Shown here piece after piece: positions 52,568 to 60,575 of a DNA stretch of 64,000 nucleotides. A model generated the notes under the pieces. It was not told where the DNA came from. It worked only from the letters and a program-made list of their open reading frames with translations, and ran no database searches. The stretch's first letter is position 1, and every line of letters begins with the position of its first letter. The translations under genes were made by a program, and so were the position numbers. Origin of the DNA: Euglena gracilis (taxonomy: Eukaryota); assembly GCA_039621445.1 (NCBI GenBank), contig CP154954.1, positions 12,270,716 through 12,334,715 of the forward strand, in the 5' to 3' direction.

Positions 52568-54518
52568 CCTGTGTCTGAAATACAAAGGTTCAAGTGCAGG
52601 GCTGTTGCCAGGGCAAGTACGTCCTCGCCACCATCCTCCACCCCATGACCCCGGTGCACCTGCGGCGGGCCGCCGGCGGAGACGCGCAGGCCATCCAGTC
52701 GGCGGTGAAGGAGCTGTCCATCCCCCAGTTCGCCAACCTCCTGGTGAAGGGGAAGGACATCTCCACGGTGCCGACGGTGCGGCTGGCGGCGGCCTACCGG
52801 CAGGCCGGCTGGGACCGGTCGGTCCCCCAGGTGTGAGCCCACTGCCAGTCTGCCTGTGCATTGAATGACAGTGTACTGTTTTATTTGCACAATTGCGCGC
52901 ATCAAAAGTGGATACATGCATAATGCATTCCTCCTGCGATGCATGGATGAGGTGTGTGTGTCTTATGTCATTGCCTCAAGGCGAGGTCATCAAGATGTGG
53001 GGGCCGCTGCAGCGGCTGGTGGAGGAGACCCCCGAGGCGGTGGCGGGCCTCCTCAGCGTGGAGTCGGCGCTGGCGGCGAGGGGCCGCACGCTGCTGTCCT
53101 CCCACATGCGGTCCCTCCGGCGCCTGCTGACCCCCGAGGCGCGGGCCCAGGTGGCGGCGGCGCTGCAGAGCCCGGAGATCGGGCTGGCCCAGCTGGAGCA
53201 GGCGGTGACGGAGGCCACCCACGAGATGTGGGTGGCCTTCACGCGGAGGAGCGACAACCCCAACATCCACGGCCAGATCGGTGTGCCAGTGCTCTGGGGT
53301 CTGGGGTGCAACTGTGGTGTTGGATATGACAGCAGACCAGCACGCGCGCACGGTGGATTGCATGCTGTGCGGTAGTGTAACTGTAGTCTCCCTCACTCAC
53401 TGCCCCCATCACAGTGCACAACGCGACGGAGAGGAGCCGCTTCAAGCGGACGGTGCCCGTCGCCGCCCTGCAAGTGGCGCGGCTCGGGTCGTGGACCTGG
53501 AGCCCGGTGGAGCCGAGGCCCTGGCGGCGGTGCTGACCGCCCCCTTCTGGGTGGAGGCGCAGTTCGAGGAGCTGCGGGCCTCCTTCGCGCTGCTGGCGGT
53601 GGAGTCGGAGATCACGTCCAAGGAGGGCGGGGCCTTCCAGGAGGTGGTGGCGGCCAGGCCGGCCGGTGAGGAGAAAGGAGTGCGGTGCCTGGTCTACAAG
53701 GCCAGCGGAGAGGGGGTACCGGCGGAGGCGCTGGGGGCCGCAGTGGGCCTCGTCATCGTCGAGGTCACCCAAAACACCGGCTCAGGGTCCTGTTTAGTTG
53801 AATTCTTCCTTTTTAAAAAGTGTTCCTGTTTTATTTGCGCATTTGCGCGCTTCAAAAATAAAATAACGGTTCTGATTGACACCTTCAGGTGCACACAGAT
53901 CCTTCCGCTGTTTGATGTGTCACAAGTATTTTTTATGCGCGCATTTGCGCAAAAGTTATGTCGACTGTCGGGGGGCGTCCGACAGTCAAAAATGGCAGGG
54001 CGGAAGCTTTTGAAAACACGGAATTTTTCATTCCGCGCAGAACGCGCGTTCTATAGGAAAAGCCTAATTTGAGGTTCCAATTCAGCACAATTTGCTTCCG
54101 CAGACTTTTGTGGGTTTCTTTGTTGCATACAATTGAGAATTGAAGTCCTCAAGAATTATTTCATTGAAGAATTGTCATTTTTGAGAATTTCAAGTTCAAA
54201 GGTCAGGTCCCACCTTTCCTCATTCACGGTGGGTCATTGTTGCTTTTTGACCACCATTTCAGTGAACAAAACACCACCCTTACCCATTCTCAATCTTTTG
54301 CATGCCGGAAGAAAGGAGGAGTGAAATGGCCTCATGGGGATCAAAGTTTGGAGAAACATTTTCATTGGAGCGGAATTTTGATTTTGTACAAGATTTCCAC
54401 GAAAAAGCTAATTCGATCCTACGCACCCCCCTCTGGTCGGGGGGGTATACCAGTGGGCGAAACGGGGGGTGGCCTGAGCCCTCCACCACCCGGAAAAACA
54501 CTGGGCCCTGGCCAGGGA

Positions 54519-55502
54519 ATGGCAGCCCCAGGGGTGGGTGACGGGCAGGAATCAGCCGGCCAGGGGGCTGGGGTTTTCGGTCCGACACCCGCAGGGGGGG
54601 CGCCCGGGGTAAACATGGTACGCAGAGGAGTTTTTGCCAACCCAGTTGACAAAAAAATTTTCAGCCCAGAAAATACGGACAATTTTGATGGCACAGCCAG
54701 CAGTAATCTTGCTGAAGATTTAAACATGATTACAGAGACAGGTTCTGCTGGTCATACCAACAGAATCTGTGGAAATGTTGGAAGTTGCAGCCCTCGGCTA
54801 AACATGATTAACAGAGGCAGCTTCAACTCTGTTGGTGAAGGATTTTTGGAATCAGTGAACCTGAATTCTTCTGCATCTGTGGAAATCAGTGAACTTTTTT
54901 TGGAATCAGTGAACCTGAATTCTTCTGCATCTGTGGAAATAAGGAATTCTCAATCACAAATTGGCTCTGATGCGTGTTCAGAAATTTCAAGCTCAGACTT
55001 TTCAGGTGGGAACCCAGAAAATGTGTTTGGAATTAACATGATAACGGCCAGTCCCCAGGAATCACAGGGGGGGGATGAAAATCAGTTGGTACAATGGACA
55101 GGTTCACCCCCCCAGTATCAAAGCGACAGTGAAATTGACAGTGACAGGGGGTCGGGACCCAGCCAGTTTGAAGAAACAGAACAACTTTTGGTGGCTGCAG
55201 GTTGGATACCCCCCAGGTTTCAGATTTTTGGTCCAAATCAGTTTCCAAATTTTGGAGCCGAAATACCCCAGATTGAGGGGGTAACTCCAATTTTATTGTT
55301 GGAAGACAGGGGGACAGCCAGCCACAACGAAATAACTGTCGATGGACAGACATTTTTTTCGGAATCGACCAGAATGTATTCTGAATCAAAATTTTCTGGG
55401 GTGCAATCTGTAAATCTGGGTTGTGGTGCATCATCATCGGGGGTGTTTAATGTGGCAACATCAAAAACCCAGGTGGAGGAGGAAAGAACCCCAGCCACCT
55501 GA
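54519..55502 (+). CDS. Ser/Gly/Glu-rich ORF upstream of gag (ORF0, or frameshifted Gag N-terminus)
   Basis: Open frame 54237-55502, likely ATG at 54519. Low-complexity acidic sequence with an internal duplication (FLESVNLNSSASVEI x2). Composition like the gag that follows. Confidence 0.5.
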   Translation: MAAPGVGDGQESAGQGAGVFGPTPAGGAPGVNMVRRGVFANPVDKKIFSPENTDNFDGTASSNLAEDLNMITETGSAGHTNRICGNVGSCSPRLNMINRGSFNSVGEGFLESVNLNSSASVEISELFLESVNLNSSASVEIRNSQSQIGSDACSEISSSDFSGGNPENVFGINMITASPQESQGGDENQLVQWTGSPPQYQSDSEIDSDRGSGPSQFEETEQLLVAAGWIPPRFQIFGPNQFPNFGAEIPQIEGVTPILLLEDRGTASHNEITVDGQTFFSESTRMYSESKFSGVQSVNLGCGASSSGVFNVATSKTQVEEERTPAT

Positions 55503-55525
55503 TTTAGGAGTTCAGGTGAGGGGGG

Positions 55526-57892
55526 TTGACATTTCAGATTGGGACGCATGGGATAATTGGGCCCAGGGGGGATTGCCAATTAGCTGAGCTGAACCGAAGT
55601 TTAACTCACTGGGAAAGTATTATACCCCCCCAGGTTGTTGTGGAAAACCGGCTGGAAAATTTTGAGCGAGAATTGGGTGCAAAAAATTCTCGAGCACAGG
55701 CTGAACTTTTACATTTAATTCAGGAAAATGTGGAACGGCGAAATGCTGAAATTTGCAGCCAGTTTGAACAGCAAAAACAGAAAACTCAGGAGGAAATTCA
55801 GCAGTCAGTCAGCCATTTTATTTCACAGTGCCAGCAAGGGGGGAATGCTGTGGAAAATATTGCAAACTGCCACAAGCAACTTTTGTCAATCGAAGTTGAA
55901 AGACAGGTTGAAGGAAAATCCCAGATTTTTGAGAAATCTGTGAAGAGCTTTTTGGATGGGCAGTTGAGCGAAATTTTGAAAAGGGAAAAGGAAATTGAAG
56001 CCAGATTTTCAGGTATTTTTGACCAAGTTGGGATTTGTTCTCGGGCTGCGGGAGAAAACAAATTGGAGTTGCAAAAAGAGATTTCTGCGCTTCAGAATGC
56101 AAACCGTGAGCTGTGCTCTGGGGTAAACCAACGATTCACTGAAATTGCTGCTGGGCTGAAAACTGTTGGGGAGGACTCTAAGACAAATTTTGGAACACTA
56201 GTAAGTGATATGCAGCAGCGATTTCAGACAGTGAATCAGGAGAGCAAAGCTCTGGGGGACAGATTGGCTGGGATCGAGAAATTTCTGGGCAGCCAGGAGG
56301 TGCCTTGGGACAAAGTTGTTGAAATGATGGGGAAAACAGAAGAAACGATACAAATTCAGGTTCGGAGGGAAATGGCAGCTCAGGTCAGAAAAATGATGGA
56401 AATCATGATGACCCAAATGATGGAGGAAAAAATGAGACAAGTGCAAAAAGAAGAACATTTTGACAAGTGGCGAAATGACATGGAAAATTGTATGAAACAG
56501 CAGTTTTGTGCGATTTTGGGCAAAATTCAAACAGATTTTTCGAAGGAAAAAAGCCATGGGGAGGTTGTCCAAAATCTGTGCAACAATTTTGAGGCACGGT
56601 TGAAGGCAATTGAAAGGAGGGTGCAACAAGTTTTGACTGAAACGGTTCAGCCCAAGGCATCTACGGTGACACAGCACAAGCCAGTTTTTAAGCCGAATTC
56701 TGGTTTTGTTGGAATTAAGGGAGTGAAGCCGGTTCAGCCAATTGAAATCTGGGATCTTAATCTGGGATTGGAAGGGGGCCCAGATTTAGGGGATGGATCA
56801 TTAATGGTGGGCCAGGTGAGTATCAATGCCATAGGGGGGGCATCTGAACGGTCACCAATGATGACTGTGGCGTCTGCAGCTAAACAACACATTTTGCGAA
56901 ATGTTGTTGTCCCGAAATTTTCAGGTCATGCAGGTGATTGGCCAAACTTCAAGGATGAGTGGGGGAGATTCATCCGAAAATTCAATCAAGTTTCAGAAGC
57001 TGATAAATTGGGCCTCCTAGAACTTTGTTTGGATGATTTGGGGAAAAAACAGCTGAATTTGCATTTGGATGAAATGGGGGAGACACTCACTTTCAATGAA
57101 GTGTGGGCCAAGTTGGATGCCTGGCATTCGAGAAATGAAGAGTTTGGGGCCAGAAAAAACTTTCGGGATCTTACATTATGCCATCAAGGGAGGGTTACAA
57201 GTCGTGATCGGGAAAATTTCAAGGTGGACTTCAAGTTGTGTCGACAGAAAATCAAGGATGCTAGTGAGGGGGAGGTGAAAAGATTACTCATCGAAAAAAT
57301 GCCTCCTTTTATTGTGCATTGGATTACTGATGAGGAAGAACGGATCAAAACCAGCCAACCAACCGTTCGAATGAACTATCCACAGCCAACCTCCACAGCC
57401 ATTATGGAAAATTTTGTGATGATTTTCGCTGGGAAGAAACCCACAAGGGTCACAAAATTGAGTGAGACGGAATTCGAAATTGTGTTGCCTGATGTGCAAA
57501 GTTGTGAAACACTCAAAAGTTACAATGGGAAAGAATTTAATGATTCCAATGTTTTGGTTCGGGTTCGAGAAAATGAACCAAATTTGAGTGTTGAAGACAT
57601 TTTCCGTCTCGTGACTTCAAAATTGGCACTCAGAGATCGGCAAGACTTAATGCTAAACCCCAATCACAGCCAAACCTCATACAGACGTTCTCGATCGGTG
57701 GGGGCGGAGAACAAAGGGGGAAAATCCAACAGTCGGGAGGGTTCCCCCTCAAAGAAACGTTCTTTTTCTGGAAAGCAGGTGGCATCTCCAACATCTTCTA
57801 CACCCAAGTCCACAGGTTCTGACTTGCCCAATGCTTCGAATGGTCCTGTTCCCATTTCCAGAAACTCGTTGCGTTCTCCATTTATGTGGTGA
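55526..57892 (+). CDS. gag: Gag-like polyprotein (coiled-coil, capsid-like motif, RRM-like segment)
   Basis: 788-aa open frame with a long Q/E/K heptad-like region. VPKFSGHAGDWPNFKDEW at 56909 resembles the PxFxG...WxxF retrotransposon Gag motif. Lies upstream of pol. No ATG at the listed start. Confidence 0.72.
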   Translation: MTFQIGTHGIIGPRGDCQLAELNRSLTHWESIIPPQVVVENRLENFERELGAKNSRAQAELLHLIQENVERRNAEICSQFEQQKQKTQEEIQQSVSHFISQCQQGGNAVENIANCHKQLLSIEVERQVEGKSQIFEKSVKSFLDGQLSEILKREKEIEARFSGIFDQVGICSRAAGENKLELQKEISALQNANRELCSGVNQRFTEIAAGLKTVGEDSKTNFGTLVSDMQQRFQTVNQESKALGDRLAGIEKFLGSQEVPWDKVVEMMGKTEETIQIQVRREMAAQVRKMMEIMMTQMMEEKMRQVQKEEHFDKWRNDMENCMKQQFCAILGKIQTDFSKEKSHGEVVQNLCNNFEARLKAIERRVQQVLTETVQPKASTVTQHKPVFKPNSGFVGIKGVKPVQPIEIWDLNLGLEGGPDLGDGSLMVGQVSINAIGGASERSPMMTVASAAKQHILRNVVVPKFSGHAGDWPNFKDEWGRFIRKFNQVSEADKLGLLELCLDDLGKKQLNLHLDEMGETLTFNEVWAKLDAWHSRNEEFGARKNFRDLTLCHQGRVTSRDRENFKVDFKLCRQKIKDASEGEVKRLLIEKMPPFIVHWITDEEERIKTSQPTVRMNYPQPTSTAIMENFVMIFAGKKPTRVTKLSETEFEIVLPDVQSCETLKSYNGKEFNDSNVLVRVRENEPNLSVEDIFRLVTSKLALRDRQDLMLNPNHSQTSYRRSRSVGAENKGGKSNSREGSPSKKRSFSGKQVASPTSSTPKSTGSDLPNASNGPVPISRNSLRSPFMW

Positions 57893-58331
57893 GGGGTTTA
57901 GTCTGTTCATCTTGCATTTGGGAGGGGAGATAGGATGGTTTGTTGTGTTGTCCTTTTTCCCATGTCCACTGAAAGTCATGCCCAAATCTTACCCACAAAA
58001 TGCAGAACTTCCAAAATCTGTGCCAAATACCAATGGTGGAGTTTGGGTTCAAGCACCACCAAAATCGTCTCCTTGGCCAACTTGGCAACCCCAAAATCAA
58101 AACCAAAACTCTTGGAAAGGCCAAAGTTTCAAGGGTGCTCAAAATTATCAAGGCCAAGGACGATATGGGGGAAGGGGGTACAGCCAATCGAATGAAAATT
58201 GGAATCAACAATCTTCCCAAAAAGGAAAAGGCAAAGGCAAAGGCCAAGGGAAAGATTCTTCCAAAGGCAACGGTTGGAAGGGAGGGGGGTACAATTCAAA
58301 CCGAAATGTTACACCCCCAGTCCATCTTTAG
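57831..58331 (+). CDS. Gag C-terminal nucleocapsid-like segment (frameshifted from main gag)
   Basis: Q/N/G/K/W-rich basic low-complexity peptide (QGRYGGRGY, KGKGKGKGQGK). Ends in TAG 58329-58331, in frame with pol. Confidence 0.55.
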   Translation: MLRMVLFPFPETRCVLHLCGEGFSLFILHLGGEIGWFVVLSFFPCPLKVMPKSYPQNAELPKSVPNTNGGVWVQAPPKSSPWPTWQPQNQNQNSWKGQSFKGAQNYQGQGRYGGRGYSQSNENWNQQSSQKGKGKGKGQGKDSSKGNGWKGGGYNSNRNVTPPVHL

Positions 58332-60575
58332 GGACGCCGGGGTCATGTTTTTGAGGGGTTTACATCCTCGGGCATTAAAAACCCCCGCAATATTTTGCAT
58401 AACCCAACCACATCTCCATGTGGAGAATGTTACCATGTTGGAGAATGTGTATATCTATCTTCCAGTCCCTCTATCTCAGGTTCAAAGTCAACCAATCAAG
58501 AGTTTGCAATGCCGAAGACAGGCAATGGTGCAACTGAAGGCAATTCAATGAATTCATCATCAACAATTGACTCAAGAAGGCAAGTGGCCTCGAGCCAATG
58601 GCAGCCCGTGTCGAGGAAGGGCAAGCCGGGCAAACCGTGGACTCGACCCAAACCGTGGACCAGGTGTGCAAGCCAGGAGAGTGCACGGCCCAGTTTCAAC
58701 AATTATTATGGTTGTTTGAGTGGAAGAGGATCCATCAAAGGTGTGGGAAGCAGGAGAATTCCCAAGGCGTTGGATTTGTTTTCGGGAAAAGGATCTGTGG
58801 GGAAGTGTTTGGAGGAAAACGGATACCAGGTGGTATCTTTGGATGTCAACCCAAAATTTCACCCAACCCACGTAACAGACATTTTGGAGTGGGATTATCG
58901 CAAATACCCCCAGGGATACTTTGAAGTTATTGCGGCCGGTGTGCCATGCACGGAGTATAGCCTTGCAAAAACGATAGGGGGTAGGGACATGCAAACGGCA
59001 GATCGCCTTGTCGATAAAAACATGGAGATCGTGGAATATTTTCAACCCAAATTGTGGTGGATTGAAAATCCCCGTACGGGATATTTACCCAAACGGCAAT
59101 GTGTTCGAAATTTGAATTTCATTGATGTTGATTATTGCCAATTTTCTGATTGGGGATATCAAAAACCAACCCGTATTTGGGGGAGTGAGAATCTCTTAAG
59201 TTTGAAGGACAAAATTTGTGATGGAAAAACCTGCCCCAACATGGTGTTGAAGGAGGGGGGCAGGTGGGCACACAAGGAGCAATTGGGTGGGAGGCATATG
59301 CATACGAGCACACATCAAAAATGGAGAATGCCTCAAAATTTGATTGAATATCTTCTTTCGGCCCTTGATTTTAAGGAGGAGAAATTTTCCTTCAAAAGGG
59401 AGGACTATGCCGTGAGAAACTCCTTTGTGAAATTGATTGAGGAGAAATTTCAAAGGAGAGCCGAAATGGATTGTTTTGCCTCAACCAAAAATTCTCAATG
59501 TGCTTCTTTTTTGACGAAGGAGGAAAATGCCTTGAGCGTTGATTGGGGGAAGGGGGGCACGGTGTGGTTGAATCCCCCATGGTCGTTATGGCATAAGGTG
59601 GCAAAAAAGTTGCAAAAAACCCCGTGTGATGCAATTTGCATTGTTCCCGATTGGCAAAGGGGATGGGTGAGAGAACTTGTGCGAAAGGCGACACAAAAAT
59701 TGTATTTTCAGCCTGGAACAAAGCTTTTCGAAGTGGATGGGAAACCCATGGGAGGTGTGAAGTGGGGAGTTTGGGCCTTGTTGATAGAGGGTGATAAGCC
59801 CCCCACTAGCACTAACACGCCTAAGGAACCAAAGGTTGTACGTTTGAAGTCGCGTATGGTGAAAAATTCACCCACAGGGGTAAGCAAATTTTCCAAGGAT
59901 AGGCAACTTTTGATTCGCACAAAGGTAATTTTGGTCAATGGGGAGGAACGGGATATGGATATTTTGGTGGATACGGGGGCGGAAGCAAACCTCATAAGGC
60001 AAGGATTTGTAAGCGATCACCTAATGCACTCGGCTGAAAATCCCCTTAAGTTTGAAACGGCTAACGGCCAAGTTTTAAGAGGGGGGACAAGGTGCACTAA
60101 GGTGAGAATGAAGTTGCTTGGGGAGGAGAATAATGGGACACCACCCGAATGTTTTGAGTATGAAGTGGAATTTTACGAAGCAAACATAAAAGTGGATGCC
60201 ATTTTGTCATTCCCATGGCTTGCCCAAGCAAAACTTGGAGTTTTTCCACATCACCGAGCTTTGGTTTTGGAAACCCCCGAGCTCACATTTTTGTTTGGTG
60301 TGCGTGATTTCAGAAAACGGCGACACTCAAACACTTCAAAAAGTTTGCCCCAAGAGGGGGGCACGGCCCATTTGCACAAATTTGGTTTCCAACTACCTTT
60401 GAGTGGGTTTGATCAAAGAAGTCGCTTTTTGGATGACCGAACCCTGAATTTTTTGCACAAAAATTTGAACGTGTCCGAAGCAAACCCCCAACCCATCCGA
60501 CGGATGATAATTGCAAGGTGGGGGGGGGGGATGCAAATAATGAAGAGGAGGAAGATAAGGATGAAGGCAAGTTAA
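58332..60575 (+). CDS. pol: Pol N-terminal part: C5-cytosine MTase + N6-adenine-type MTase + aspartic protease
   Basis: C5 MTase motifs: I LDLFSGKG (58770-58793), IV GVPC (C 58947), VI IENP (59061-59072), VIII-like YQKPTRIW. Amino-MTase motifs: MDCFASTKN (59466), WLNPPW (NPPW 59571-59582), IVPDW. Protease: ILVDTGAE (D 59970). All in one uninterrupted frame. Confidence 0.9.
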   Translation, partial: GRRGHVFEGFTSSGIKNPRNILHNPTTSPCGECYHVGECVYLSSSPSISGSKSTNQEFAMPKTGNGATEGNSMNSSSTIDSRRQVASSQWQPVSRKGKPGKPWTRPKPWTRCASQESARPSFNNYYGCLSGRGSIKGVGSRRIPKALDLFSGKGSVGKCLEENGYQVVSLDVNPKFHPTHVTDILEWDYRKYPQGYFEVIAAGVPCTEYSLAKTIGGRDMQTADRLVDKNMEIVEYFQPKLWWIENPRTGYLPKRQCVRNLNFIDVDYCQFSDWGYQKPTRIWGSENLLSLKDKICDGKTCPNMVLKEGGRWAHKEQLGGRHMHTSTHQKWRMPQNLIEYLLSALDFKEEKFSFKREDYAVRNSFVKLIEEKFQRRAEMDCFASTKNSQCASFLTKEENALSVDWGKGGTVWLNPPWSLWHKVAKKLQKTPCDAICIVPDWQRGWVRELVRKATQKLYFQPGTKLFEVDGKPMGGVKWGVWALLIEGDKPPTSTNTPKEPKVVRLKSRMVKNSPTGVSKFSKDRQLLIRTKVILVNGEERDMDILVDTGAEANLIRQGFVSDHLMHSAENPLKFETANGQVLRGGTRCTKVRMKLLGEENNGTPPECFEYEVEFYEANIKVDAILSFPWLAQAKLGVFPHHRALVLETPELTFLFGVRDFRKRRHSNTSKSLPQEGGTAHLHKFGFQLPLSGFDQRSRFLDDRTLNFLHKNLNVSEANPQPIRRMIIARWGGGMQIMKRRKIRMKAS

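Larger units (their letters stand above)
50180..53790 (+). pseudogene. Multi-exon orphan gene inside the transposon, disrupted by a foldback insertion
   Basis: GC3-rich exon-like blocks at 50180-50463, 51752-51869, 52170-52239, ~52600-52830, 52981-53280 and 53415-~53790, separated by AT-richer GT..AG-bounded segments. Splicing 53281-53414 joins in frame (GQI-VHNATERSRF). Other joins need 1-nt corrections. Confidence 0.6.
45150..53960 (+). mobile_element. Long copy of the Academ-like TIR transposon (two genes; right end not in window)
   Basis: Perfect left TIR at 45150-45175, collinear with 2517-6349, then extra sequence including a second gene. The family-specific TTTGCGCATTTGCGC motifs continue to ~53950, where the retrotransposon begins. 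Confidence 0.8.

Noticed and set aside
54300-54480. Primer-binding site / end of 5' LTR
   Set aside because: TGG-starting candidates (e.g. TGGCCTCATGGG, TGGGCGAAACGG) do not match a tRNA 3' end I can recognise, and the second LTR is not in the window.
58416-58450. CCHC zinc knuckle (CGECYHVGEC)
   Set aside because: Spacing C-x2-C-x1-H-x3-C does not fit C-x2-C-x4-H-x4-C, and it lies after the gag stop.
58761-59790. Bacterial restriction-modification operon or contaminant
   Set aside because: Both MTases are fused in frame to a retroviral-type protease within a gag-pol layout, and there is no endonuclease or operon structure.
60515-60535. Programmed frameshift between protease and RT
   Set aside because: It falls in an 11-G homopolymer in a window full of variable G/C runs, so mutation or consensus error is more likely. 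Other copies are needed to exclude it.
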